From: an uncultured delta proteobacterium
GTDB lineage: Bacteria; Myxococcota; Myxococcia; Myxococcales; Anaeromyxobacteraceae
NCBI GenBank assembly: GCA_963766715.1
Contig: CAVYBH010000008.1
Location: 640,001 to 704,000 of the forward strand
DNA: 64,000 nucleotides
Direction of reading: 5' to 3'
Numbering within the stretch: position 1 is the stretch's first letter; each line of letters begins with the position of its first letter. Positions 48,224 through 60,367 of this stretch are shown here, piece by piece. The translations under genes were made by a program, and so were the position numbers. The notes under the pieces are model-generated. The model did no database searches and had not been told where the DNA came from. It saw only the letters and a program-made list of their open reading frames with translations.

Positions 48224-49461
48224 TCAGGGCGGGAGGAAGTGGATCCGATCGATCGGTCCGGGCGACGGATCGAGGAAGACCAGCAGGCGCCGGCCGTCCG
48301 TGAAGTAGGGATCGCCCGTCAGGTTGTGGCGGGGCGCGCTCCGGGGCGCCTCGCCCACACCCGGCAGGAGGCCCACGCGGGAGACGTATCCGGACATGGC
48401 GAGATCCATCAGGAGGTAGTCGCGGTCCTCGTCGACGTCCGGATCGATCTTGTGGGTGGTGAGGTACCAGGAGCTCGTGGTGAGGCGAACGCCGATGTCG
48501 CGGCTGACCTGGCCGATCCAGACCGGCGTGCCCTGGAAGTCGAAGGGAGCCCGCCAGAGCCGGAGGTGGTTGCGCCGGTCGATGTCGTTGCGGGCCTTCT
48601 GGAGCGCGGCGTCCTGCGGGCGGCCGTAGGCGTAGAGCGGGCTCACGGGCGAGGTGAGGTAGCGGCGTGCCGAGGAGGAAGGCCTTCACCGTCTTCCAGG
48701 CCGAGGCCACGGTGAAGGGCTCGGTGAGGTTCCAGCCCCGCTCCACGAACGGGAAGAGGGCGGCGGGGACTTCCCCCACCACCACGAGGTTGAGCGGATC
48801 GGCGTCCTCCGTCCCCTCGGCGTTCCGGGCGCAGCAGGGGAGCTTCTCGATCGCCGCGAGCAGCGCGGGCAGGTCGAGGTCCTTCACCTCGGACCTCGGA
48901 TAGAGCGCCGCGAAGTCGATCTTCTCGAAGTCCCACCGTTCCGCCGGGCACCTCCGCGATGAAGCGGAAGCTCCGCACCTGGCCGTCGCTCAGGACCTCG
49001 ACCGGGACGTAGCGGGCGCCTTCCCCGGCGTGGGTGTAGACGAAGCCCTGCGACACGCCACGCGGGGGCACCTCGAGCGGCATGGCCGTGGAGAGCAGGA
49101 GCTCGTCGATCGCCTGGTTCCGCTTTCCGGCGAACACCCGGTGGAACATGTACGCCACCTCGAACGGCGCGAAGTAGCTCGGGTCGGTCGCGATGGGGAC
49201 GAACCAGACGGGAGAATCGGTCCGGTTCTCGATCTTCATCCAGATCGGCTGGACCCCGTGGCTCGCGAGCTCGAGCCCCAGGTAGCGGCGGCTCTCCTCT
49301 GCGGAGAGGGCCGACACGTGGACCCGGAGATCTTCGGACTCCTGCGTGGCGGCGCGGCCGAAGAACCCGGCCTGTGCGAGCGGCTCGGGGGCGAAGCGAC
49401 CGCAGCCGGCCAGCGCCAGCACCGCGAGGACCAGGATCGAGACGGACGGGGCAGCGCGCAC
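48224..49461 (-). CDS. LssY C-terminal domain lipoprotein; indels near 48935 and 48655
   Basis: Lipobox LAGC; DPLNLVVVG, SPLYAYGRPQD, RNHLRLW, WIGQVSRDIG, THKIDPDVDEDRD, YFTDG. Confidence 0.82.
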
Positions 49462-49631
49462 GGAGACCTCCCGGCGGCACCGTACCCCGGGATCGGGGGA
49501 CCGCCCCCGGGCCCTTCGGGCGTCCCGGGAACACGGGACGACCCGGACACGCCCCAACAGGGGTCAGGCGAAGAATATTTACTGTCAGTGAACGACGTCC
49601 CGCACGGCCAGGAGGGCGGCCGCCCGGGAGA

Positions 49632-49645
49632 TTGACGAGCGTCAA
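49632..49645. promoter_or_regulatory. CRP/FNR-type palindrome TTGAC-N4-GTCAA
   Basis: TTGACGAGCGTCAA in an AT-rich divergent intergenic region (49462-49836). Confidence 0.6.
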
Positions 49646-49836
49646 AGTTTATTTTGTCTCGTGGGGGCGGGGAGCTTGAACGCCAGGCGCGGGGGCCCCC
49701 GACTCCCCCATGAGGGTCGTCGAATGCGTTTACTTACGTGATTTCAGGACTTTACTTGGCGTACGCGTCACTCGATGACGGGACGACCGTACCCCGGAAA
49801 GAGTGTGTAACGACCTGGGTAAGCGAACCTGGAGCC

Positions 49837-52800
49837 ATGCGCTCCACGTTCGGACCCGGCCCGGAGGGGCCAGACGTCGGGAGCCAGCCATGCACCAGGT
49901 CGAGAATGCGGAAGGGCGCGGCACGGATCGTCCACTCGGGGCTCGCGGCGCTGTTCGCCGCGGCCTGCCCTCCTTCCGCCTGCGGCCGCACTCGCGGCGC
50001 GCCCCAGTGCCTGCGCACGCTGACGGCCGACGTCGTCGTCCTCGACCAGCCGCTCATGTTCAACCGGCTCGGCTCGCAGAACGTGAACGGCATGATGTAC
50101 GCGCTGCGCCGGGACGTGGTGAGCAAGGTCACCGGCGCCCCGTGCGGCGGCTCCTGCTCCGCCGGCGCGGTCACGCTCCGGCCGGACAAGCGCCCGCGCC
50201 CGCTCGTCCTGCGCGTCGCGGCGGGCGACTGCCTCGACGTCGCCTTCCAGAACCTGCTCACCCCCTCCGCGAACCCGGCCAACGCCCCGCACCCGTTGCT
50301 CCTCATCGACGATCAGGTGGCGATCGCCGCGCCAGCTTCCACGCCCAGGGGCTCGAGCTGCGCAGCTCGATGCAGGACGACGGCTCCTACGTCGGCCAGG
50401 CCACGGCCTCGGGGCTCGTCGGCTCCGGCGGGCGCGCCACGCTACAAGTACTACGCGGCCAGGGAGGGCACGTTCCTCGTCACCAGCCACGGCGCGGCCT
50501 TCGGCTCCGACGGCGCGGCGGGAAACAACACGAACGGCCTGTTCGCGGTGGTCAACGTGGAGCCTCCGGGCGCGAACTTCTACCGGAGCCAGGTGACCGA
50601 GGAGGAGATGCGCCTCGCCATCGACGTGGCGAGCCCGGCCTCGTGCCCGGCCTCCGCCGCGGGCGTGACCCCGGTCCGCGCCGCGACCCCGGGGTTCACC
50701 TGCGCCGGCCAGCCCATCCTGAACTACGAGGCCACCTACCCCCGGGTCCAGGAAGCGCGGTCCCGACCTCGATCACGTCGGGCGCGACGGCGGCCGGGGC
50801 CGCCTTCATCCCGCTCGCACAGGATCCCACCACGCTCCCGGTCGCCTTCCCGTCGAGCGGTTTCGTGAAGCTCCTGCCCCCGCCGGGCTCGACGACCGCT
50901 CCGGAGGTGGTCGCCTACACCATCGATCCGGCCACGGCCGGCTTCACGCTCGCCACCCGCGTTCCCTCGACGACCACCTCGGCCGTCGTCGACGCGGCGT
51001 CGACGTCCATCCCCCTCGTCCAGGACCCGGCGACGCTGTCCCCGCCGTTCCCGGCGAGCGGGAACGTCACGCTGGTGGCCCTCGCCGGAAGCGGCGCGAC
51101 GAGCGAGACCTTCGCCTACACCATCGATTCCGCGGCGCCCTCCGTCCTCGTGCTCGCGGCGGGCGTCGCCCCGGCGCAGACCTGGGCCATCGGCGCCGAG
51201 GTCCAGCTCACCAGCGCGGCCGGCGCGCCCATCCTCCTCTCCGGCCTCACCCGCGCATGGCCGGCCGGCGCCACCGTCCAGAGCGTCGACGCCAGCGGCG
51301 CCGTGGCCACCGTCGCGATTCCCAGCGTCTGGGCGCGGGAAGGCAAGGCCGGCCTCCCCGTCCTGAACATGCTGCCGGCACGTCGAGCTCGTCCACTCCG
51401 ACCTGAACGCCATCATCACCGGCCCGGCGGCGACCGGGGACGGGAAGTTCCCGGCCTCCACCTACCCGCTCGAGTCGAAGGGCTTCACGGCAACCCGACC
51501 CTCCCGAACCGGCTCGAGCCGTTCCGCGAGTACACCGTCGTCTTCCACGACGAGGCGGCGGTGGCGAACGCCTTCCCGCTCTGGTTCGCCAGGAACGTGA
51601 ACGGCGCACCCAACCCGCTCGCCCACACGCTCCACGCCGTCGGCGACGTCTTCCAGATGAACTACGGATCGGGCGGCATCGGCCCCGAGGTGATCGCCAA
51701 CCGGCTCGGCGTCGGCCCCATGCACGACTGCCTCGACTGCGCCTACGAGGAGTTCTTCCTCACCTCCCCCGCCGTGGGAGATCCCGCCATGGTGGTGGAC
51801 GTCCCCGCCGACACGGGGCTCGAGGCCTGCCCGCCGCCCGGCTTCACCGCGCCCGCCGGCGCCTGGCCGCGGTGGGGCCCAAGGCCACCCGCGCCTACTA
51901 CCCGGACGATCCCTCCAACGTGCACCACAGCTACATCAGCGACCACGTGAGGTTCCGGAACGTGCACACGGGGAAGGAGCACCACATCTTCCACCTGCAC
52001 AACCACCAGTGGCTCTTCAACCCCAACGACGACAACTCGAACTACCTCGACGCGCAGGGCATCGGCCCCGGGGGCGGCTACACCTACGAGATCAACTTCG
52101 GCGGCTCGGGCAACCGCAACAAGAGCGCCGGCGACGCCATCTTCCACTGCCACTTCTACCCGCACTTCGCGCAGGGCATGTGGGAGCTGTGGCGCAACCA
52201 CGACGTCTTCGAGGCCGGCACGCCGCTCGCGGCCCGGCCGGCGCCTTCCACGCGGACGCCCTTCGCGCTGCAGGACGGGACGCCCGCGGTGGAACCTGCC
52301 GGCCCGGCGGGACGCCCGCGCCCGCGCGCCTCTGCCGGACGGCGAGATCGTCGGCCGGCACGCCCATCCCGGCGGTGGTGCCGCTGCCCGGCAAGGCGAT
52401 GGCGCCATCGCCCGGCAAGGCCATGGTCGTCCCCCAAGGTCGCGCCCGAGCAACGCCACGGTGCTCGGCACGCGTGGCCCGCGGTCGAGCGCACGCCGGC
52501 GACCGGGCGACCCCGCCCCGGCGTGGTCGGACCCGGCCCACGGTGCCCTCCGCGCTCGACCCGAGGGCATCAGGAACCCCGGCTTCCCGTTCTGGCTGGC
52601 CGGCGTCGAGACCACGGTGGGACAGCGCATGCCCTCTCCCCCGCTCGACATGGCACCTAGGCCGGCGGATGGGACGGCGGCCTTCCCCGCCACGCCCTCG
52701 ACGGCTACGCCGCCTCCGGCTGCGCCCGGCGCGGCCCGGCGCGGCTGCGCCGCCGAGCACGCAGTCGCGGCTCGACATGACGAAGGTGGTCCACAAGGCC

Positions 52801-55800
52801 GACCCGGTCTGGTTCCCCGAGGACGGCACCGACCTCGAGAAGGCCGCCATGGCCTTCCACGCCGCCGCGAGCACCCGAGCACGGCGGTCCTGCTGAACGG
52901 CTCCCGACGTCCGGGCCGACTTCGTGACCAACGGGTCGGGCCGGCCCGTCCCGGGCGCCCCGTTCCACGATCCGTGCATCGACGACCTGGGCAGGGTCCT
53001 CGGGCAACGTGACGGGACACTTCTTCGACGGCAGGGGCGGGACCGGCATCACCGGCTGCTCGCCCTTCCACGCCGACTCGCCCCGCGTCTACAAGGGCGC
53101 GAACATCCAGTTCGACGTGGTGCTGAACAAGCTCGGCTACCATTACCCGCAGGAGCGCATCATCACCCTCTGGGAGGACGCGGTCGCCACCATCAACAAG
53201 AAGCAGCGCCCGCCGGAGCCGCTCGTGATCCGCATGAACACCTTCGACTGCGTGATGTACCAGCACACCAACCTGGTCCCGGCGGTCTACGAGCTCGACG
53301 ACTACCAGATCCGCACCACCACCGACATCATCGGGCAGCACATCCACCTGCCCAAGTGGGACCTGACCACCACCGACGGCTCGGCCAACGGCTGGAACTA
53401 CGAGGACGGCACCCTGTCGCCCGACGCGGTGCGCGAGCGCATCGAGGCCATCAACGCCTTCAACGTCGACGGGACCGGCAACCCGGCCAACAGCTCCGGG
53501 GGCGGAGCCGGCCAAGCGGCTCGCCGCGCTCACCCACCCGTTCTTCCCCGCCTCGAGCCCGGGCGGCCTCGACTGGCGGGGCGCCCGGACGACGCTGCAG
53601 CGCTGGTTCTCCGACCCGGTCGTGAACGTGGACGGCCAGCACCGCGGGCTGGGGATCATCTTCACCCACGACCACTTCGGCCCCTCGACCCACCAGCAGG
53701 TGGGGCTCTACGCCACGGTCCTCACCGAGCCGCCGGGCTCCACCTGGGTCCACAACGAGACCGGCGTGCCCATGTACACGCGTCCCGACGGCGGCCCGAC
53801 CAGCTGGCAGGCGGCCATCCTCACCCCCTCCGGCTCGGGCATCGACAGCCACCGGGAGTTCTACTTCGAGTACACGGACTTCCAGCACGCCTACGGCCCT
53901 GGCGTCTACGTCGGGCGCAACCAGTGGGGCGGCCTGGGCTCGCCGCCCGACGAGAAGAGCTTCCGCAGCGCGGTCAACCCCTCGGTCAAGGTGATGCCGG
54001 CGAACCCGCTCCCCGACCTGCTCCAGTTCTCGGTCACCTGCCCGGGCGGCGCTCCGCGTCCCTGCCCGGAGGCCATCTCCGCCGACGACCCGGGTTTCCT
54101 GGTGGTGAACTACCGCAACGAGCCGATCGGCTTCCGCGTCTTCAATCCGGCCAGGCTCGGCCCCGACGGCAAGCCCGGCGCGCAGGCCGACGGCCTCGCC
54201 GGTGACCTGGCGCTCGCGCTGCAGAGCCGGACCGACCGGAAGATGGCGCGGCTCAACACGCAGCCCGTCCCCGGCGGCGCCGGCGCCGTCAACGGCACCC
54301 AGTTCCCGCCGGCCCTGAACGCCACCGACGTCCTGCCGGGCGATCCCTACACGCCGCTCGTCCGCGCCTACTACGGCGACCCGGTCCGGGTGAAGATCCA
54401 GGCCGGAGGCGACGAGGAGTCGCACAACGCCACCATCTACGGCACGAAGTGGCTGCAGGGCGGCTCGGGCTACGGGTTCGCCCCCAACTCCGGCTGGCGG
54501 AACTCCCAGCACGCCGGCATCTCCGAGCAGTTCACCTTCTCCTCCCCGGCGGTCTCGGCGCTGAACGGCCTCGCCTCGTCCGACCAGCTCTACGCCACCA
54601 ACGCCAGCGTCGACGGCTTCTGGAACGGCGTCTGGGGCATCTTCCGGACCTACAAGAACGCGCAGCCCGGGCTCTACAAGCTGCCCAACGCGGCGGCGCT
54701 GCCCTTCAAGCTCGCGAACGGGAACAACTTCGTCGGTCCCTGCCCGAAGACCGCCGTGAACCGCACCTTCGACGTGAGCGCCGTCCTCGCGAACGACGTG
54801 CTCGCGAACGCGGTGGGCGCCACCATCGTCCCGAACGACGGGTCGGAGATCATGAACGCCGGGGGGAAGAACGCTAGCGGCGTCTCCGCCCTGAACCCGA
54901 CGGCGGAACGCTCGTCTACAACCCGCGGGAGACGGCGCTCTCGAACGGGAAGACCGGCGCCCTTCACGACCCGACCGCGATGCTCCTCGTCCGGACCGCC
55001 GACCTGGTCGCCCGCAGCGCAGCCGACCCGGCCTGCCTCAACGCGAGCGGCAGGCTCGACCCGACGCTGGCGGCGTGCCCGGTCATGCTGAAGGCCGGCG
55101 CCCCGGTGGAGCCCATCGTCCTGCGCGCCGCCGCCGGGCGAGTGCATGGTCGTCACCCTGCGCAACCGGCTGCCCGCCGCCGTTCCCGACCTCGCCGGCT
55201 ACAAGCACCTGCCCGGCATCGTCACCCGGGACGCCGCCGATCCGGCCGGCCCGACCACCTTCAACGCCAACCTGATTCGCCCGTCCAGCCTGGTGGGGCT
55301 CCACCCCTCCCTCGTGGCGTACGACGTCGCAAAGGACGACGGCACGGCCACCGGCCGGAACAACCTGGACAAGAACGGCTCGGGCGTGCTCGCCCTGCCC
55401 GGCCAGACCCAGACCTACCGGTGGTACGCGGGCGACCTCAGCCTCGCCCCGGCCTCCGGCGCGCGTCAACGTGGTCGCCACCCCGGTGGAGTTCGGCGGG
55501 GCCAACCTCGCCCGGCCGACGTGATCAAGCAGGGGCAGAAGGGGCTCGTGGGCGCGATCGTCATCGAGCCGGCCGGCTCCACCTCGACCGAGACCGATCT
55601 CGTCGCCGACCACCAGACCGCCAACGCCGCGGCGCCGAGGCGCTCGACGCGCGCCAGCGCCACCCTGTTCCCCGGCACCGCGAACGCCGCCCGCGACCTC
55701 GTGACGGTGGTCCAGAAGGGCATCTCCCTCCGGTACAAGGACGGCACGCCGGCGGAGATGATCGCGGCCGAGCAGATGATCGCCGAGGACGCCGAGGATT

Positions 55801-56358
55801 CCGGCCACATGGGCTCAACTACGGCTCGGAGCCCCTGTGGTTCCGCTTCGGCCTGCAGCCGAACTCCGCCCTCACCGGCGGCCACGGGCTCGGGCCCTCG
55901 CTCGCCGACGTCGCGAACGCCCACGAGGCCTTCTCGAACGCGCTGGGCGGCGGGGACCCGGCCACCCCGGTCTACACCGCCAGGCCCGGACAGCCCGTCC
56001 GGCTCCACCTCCTCGAGCCGTCCGGGTCGAACCGGGCCTCCACCTTCACCCTCCACGGCCACCTCTGGCAGCGCGCGCCGTACGTCTGCCCCGGCTCGTC
56101 GAAGGACGGCCTGGCCGGGAAGTGCAAGGCCACCGGCTTCTATCCCCCCTGGCCGGCGAGGTCGGCTCACGCGCCATCGGGACGAGCCCGCTCGAGATGT
56201 ACATGGGGGCGCAGGACCTGATGATGGCCGGCGCCCACTTCACGCTGCTCCTCCCCAGCGCGGGCGGCGCCAACAAGGTTCCCGGCGACTACCTGCTCAT
56301 GGACCGGGCCGGGTTCGGGACCACCGGCGGCCTCTGGTCGCTCCTGCGGGTCCAGTGA
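49837..56358 (+). CDS. giant multicopper oxidase, MnxG-like (putative Mn(II)/metal oxidase); many indel frameshifts
   Basis: Stitched from ORFs 49738, 49803, 51872, 52924, 53009, 53622, 54980, 55146 and 55837. Motifs: ADVVVLDQPLMFNRLG, RPRPLVLR, SFHAQGL, HHIFHLHNHQW (~51980), IFHCHFYPHFAQGMW (type-1 Cu H-C-H-x3-H-x4-M, ~52140), QHIHLPKWD, FTHDHFGPSTHQQVGLY, EESHN, FTLHGHLW, C-terminal GGLWSLLRV. GGAG RBS before ATG 49837. Confidence 0.85.
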
Positions 56359-56360
56359 CC

Positions 56361-58315
56361 GTGGACACGGCTCGGACTTCAGCGCTGGCCCTGGCGCTCT
56401 CCCTCGCGGCAGCCCTTTCCGCAGGGGACGCCGGGGCCGATGCCGCCGTTCCGGCGGCGGGAACCGGGCGCGTCGTCCGCGACGGCGTGGTGGTGGACTT
56501 CTCCATCCGGCCGTCCGGCGCCGGACGCAGCGCGCCGCTCGTGGAGGGGGAGTACGCCGAGGTCCGCTTCCGCATGACCGACGCCGCCAGCGGCCGGCCG
56601 GTGCCCGGGCTCAAGCCGGCCGCCTGGATGGACATGGCCGGGCGTCGTGCGGCGGCAAGGCCGGCGAGCAGCGGGCCTGCAAGGACAAGGTGGGGCTCTA
56701 CCTGCAAGGGCAGCGTGGGCATCCGGCCCATGGTCGACCTGAACAGCTACTACCTGCTGGTGCTCAACCAGGACGCCAGCATCTCGGTCATCGACCCGGT
56801 GGTGAGCATGACCGGGAGCACCAGCCTCTTCGCCACCGTGGTGCTGAAGCGCCCGGCGGCCGACTGGATCAAGAGCCTCGACCAGAAGCGGCTCTTCCTC
56901 TCGCATGCCGAGGCCGGCGAGGTGGCGGTGGTGGACGCCGAGACCTTCAAGGTCGTGGCGGCGATCCCGGCGGGCGCCGAGCCCATCCGCCTGGCGCTCC
57001 AGCCGGACGGGCGGCAGCTCTGGGTGGGCGACGACGCGCGGGAGCCCGGGAAGGGCGGCGTCACGGTGATCGACACCGAGACGCTCGAAGGTCGGTGGCG
57101 ACCATCCCCACCGGCCGCGGCCACCACGAGATCGCGCTCGCCGGGGACCGCGATCGCCTTCGTCACCAACCGTGACGTCGGGAACGGTCACCGCCATCGA
57201 CGCGCCGCGCTCGAGAAGGTGAAGGAGCTCGCCACCGGCCCGCTGCCCATCTCGGTGGCCTACTCGCCGCTCTCCGGCGCGATCTACGTCGCCGACGGGA
57301 AGAGCGGAGCATCGCGGTGATCGACCCCGCCCGCGCTCGAGGTGGTGGCCCGCATCGAGGCCAAGCCCGGGCTCGGCCCCATGCGCTTCACGCCAGGACG
57401 GCCGCTGGGGCTTCGCGGTGAACCCGACGGCGAGGACGGTCCACGTCGTCGACGCCGGCCGAGAACCAGCTCGTCCACGCCATCCCGCTCGACGGGCAGC
57501 CCTACCAGGTGAGCTTCACCCGGGCCTTCGCCTACGTGCGGCTGCTCGACTCCGAGCAGGTGAAGATGGTGAACCTGCTCTCCCTGGGGGCGACCGGAAG
57601 CCCATCGTCCAGACCTTCGCCGCCGGCACCGGCGCCCCGAAGCCGGCGGGCGACCTCTCCGCTGGCCGACTCCATCGCGCAGGCCGCCACCGAGGCCGCG
57701 GTCTTCGTCGTCAACCCGGCCGACGGCAACACCTACTTCTACATGGAGGGGATGAACGCCCCCATGGGCAGCTTCGGCAGCTACGGCCACGCGGCCGTGC
57801 CGTGGCGGTGGTGGATCGCAGCCTGAAGGAGGTCGAGCCGGGGGTCTACACGGGCAAGGTCCGCATCCCCGTGGCGGCCGCTACGACGTGGCCTTCCTGC
57901 TCGACAACCCGCGCATCCTCCACTGCTTCGCCGCCGAGGCGCGGGAGAATCCGCTGCTCCGCGGGGACGGGCGGTCCTGACGGCCGAGTACCTGGACCTG
58001 CCGCTGCGGGCGCCGAGGGCGCGCCGGTAGATCCGGGTCAAGCTGCTCGACGTCCGACGCCGGGCGCCGCGCGCCGGCCTCCGCGACGTGCAGGTGCTGC
58101 AGCACGCGCGCGCCGGCGGCCCGCGCGGCGAGGTGGTCGCCCGGCGAGGTGGGCGACGGCGTCTACGAGGCGCGGTCGTCCCGGGGCAGGCCGGCGTCCA
58201 CTACCTCTTCCTCTCCGTCCCATCGCAGAAGGCGAGACCGAACGACCTGCCGTTCCGGGGCATCCTCGTCGAGGGCCCTCCCACCGCAGGCTCGCACGCG
58301 GCCGGGCCCTCGTAG
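56361..58315 (+). CDS. secreted beta-propeller (YVTN/cytochrome d1-like) protein with Ig-like ends; many indels
   Basis: Signal peptide; GLKPAAWMD, DLNSYYLLVLNQDASISVIDP, repeated V.V.D...G..P blades, YFYMEGMNAPMGSF, VDRSLKEVEPGVY. Confidence 0.75.
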
Positions 58316-58335
58316 CGGCCCGGCCGGAGAACCAC

Positions 58336-58981
58336 ATGGCACCGATCCTCCCCTCTCGTCCCCGCGGCCTCGTCGCCCTCGCTCCTCGCCGGCCCCGCCC
58401 GCGCCGAGAGGCCCCGCCCTGCCACGGCCCCGGGCCAACGCCGCCGCCGAGGCGCCAGCCGGCCGACGCCGGCAGCCCGCGTGGACGTGCCGGACGTGGC
58501 GCTCGTCGACCAGGACGGCAAGGCCGTCCGCGTCCGGTCGCTGCTCCAGGCCGGGAAGCCCGTGGTGGTGGGCTTCATCTTCACCACCTGCACCACCATG
58601 TGCCCGATGCTCTCGACCATCGTGGCCCGGGTCCAGGAGCGGCTCGGCGACCGGGTCGGGCGGGAGGTCTCGCTGGTCTCGATCTCGGTGGACCCGGGGC
58701 GCGACACGCCGGCCCGGCTCAAGGCCTACGCCGCCCGCCACCACGCCGGGCCGGGCTGGACCTGGCTCACCGGCGGGCGCGGCACGGTGGAGCAGGTGCT
58801 GCGGGGGATGGGCGCCTACACGCCGAACTTCGCCAACCACCCCCCATGGTCCTCGTGGGCGACGGGGCCGGGACCTGGACGCGGCTGAACGGCTTCCCCG
58901 CCAGGTGGCCATCGTGGCGCAGGTGGACGCCTATGCGCCGCGGCCGAACTGCCGGTCGCGACCTCGGCGAACGGGCCCTGA
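58336..58981 (+). CDS. SCO1/SenC family copper chaperone (1); indels
   Basis: LVDQDG, FIFTTCTTMCP (CxxxC), SISVDPGRDTP, WTWLTG, His in NH. End approximate. Confidence 0.85.
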
Positions 58982-58982
58982 C

Positions 58983-59604
58983 GTGGCCGCCGCCCTCGCC
59001 GCCGCCTCGTCCTCGCCCTCGCCCTGCCGGCGCGGCGGCCGAGCCCGCCGCCCCGGCGCCGCCGTCCCGCGAGGAGCGGGCCCGCGCCTACTTCACCGAC
59101 ACGCTGCTCCTCGACCAGGACGGCCGCGCGGTCCGCTTCTACTCCGACGTCCTCCAGGGAAACGTGGTGGTGGTGGACTTCATCTTCACCCGCTGCACCG
59201 GGGCCTGCCCCTCCTCACCCGGCGGATGAACGCCGTCCGGCGCGAGCTCGGCACCGCTTCGGCCGGGACGTCCGCTTCGTCTCCATCAGCGTCGACCCCG
59301 AGTACGACACCCCCAGGAGCTTCGCCGGTTCGCCGACAGGCAGGAGGCCTCCTTCTCCGGATGGACCTGGCTCACCGGGAAGAAGGAGGACGTGGACCGG
59401 GTCAAGGGGCGCCTGGGCGAGGTGGGGGAGAACCCCGGCGATCACTCCACGGGCTTCCTCGCCGCCAACGTGCGACGGGGCACTGGATCAAGATCCGGCC
59501 CGATGCCTCGCCGGCGATCGTCGCGGAGCAGGTGCGCGAGCTGGCCGACGAGGACGGGAAGCGGTGGGGCGCAGGGCGCCGCCGGGCCGACCGCGGCTCG
59601 CTGA
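58983..59604 (+). CDS. SCO1/SenC family copper chaperone (2); indels
   Basis: YFTDTLLLDQDG, FIFTRCTGACP, SISVDPEYDTP, WTWLTG, DHST. Start approximate. Confidence 0.83.
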
Positions 59605-60336
59605 GCCTCCCCGCCCCGGCGCGGCCGTGGGCGCTCCTCGTCGGGGCGACCCTTCTCGTCGCGGCTCGCGGCCTGGTTCCTGCTGCGCGAGCCGGAGCCC
59701 CGCCGAGGCCAGCGCGCCGGCTCGCCGACCCGCGCCCACGGGGCCTGCCCGCGAGCCGATGCCGAGCGAGGTCGCCGATCCCGGCGAGGCCCGGCGGCTC
59801 GCCGAGCACCAGGAGCGGCGCGCCCGCTTCGAGGCGATGCGGGATGCGTTCGCCGCGGCGAGGGCGAGACGCCGGCGTCCCGCGCCCGGCTGGAGCCGGT
59901 GCTCCGGGCCCTCTGGCCGGCCCGGCCCGCGCCTACCGGGTCGCCTGCCGGGCCTCGCTCTGCCGCGTCGAGCTCCCCGCCCCGCCGCAGGCGCCACGTG
60001 CGGCGCTCGCTGGCGACCCGGACGTGCGGGCCTCGCGGAGGGCGTCTTCCTCGATCCGGACGGCATGGACCCGGCCGGCTACGTGCTGCTCGCGCCCCTG
60101 ACGCGTCCCCCGGGGAGGACCTGCTCGGCCGGCGTGGAGCAGGAGTTCCTCCGGTCGCGCGACGCCCGGGAGTGCCTCTCCCGCGCGGCGCCGTCGGGTA
60201 GGTCGAGTACGAGCTGCGCGTGGACGTCTCCGGCATCACCTACCGTTCCCGGACCGACCTCCCGCGCCCGGTGCTGGATTGCGTCGACGAGGAGCTCGAC
60301 GGGATCATCGTCACCACGGCATCCCCCGCGACGTGA
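59601..60336 (+). CDS. hypothetical membrane-anchored protein; many indels
   Basis: Hydrophobic PWALLVGATLLVAA segment, then host-like fragments RRLAEHQERRARFEAMRDAF, CRASLCRVEL, EFLRSRDAREC, YELRVDVSGITYR...DCVDEELDG to TGA 60336. Confidence 0.5.
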
Positions 60337-60367
60337 AGACCGCCTCCCGGACCTTCGGGCTGCGACG

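Noticed and set aside
49756..49775. Possible sigma54 promoter (TTGGCGTACGCGTCAC) for the oxidase operon
   Set aside because: Has the -24 GG but reads AC rather than GC at -12.
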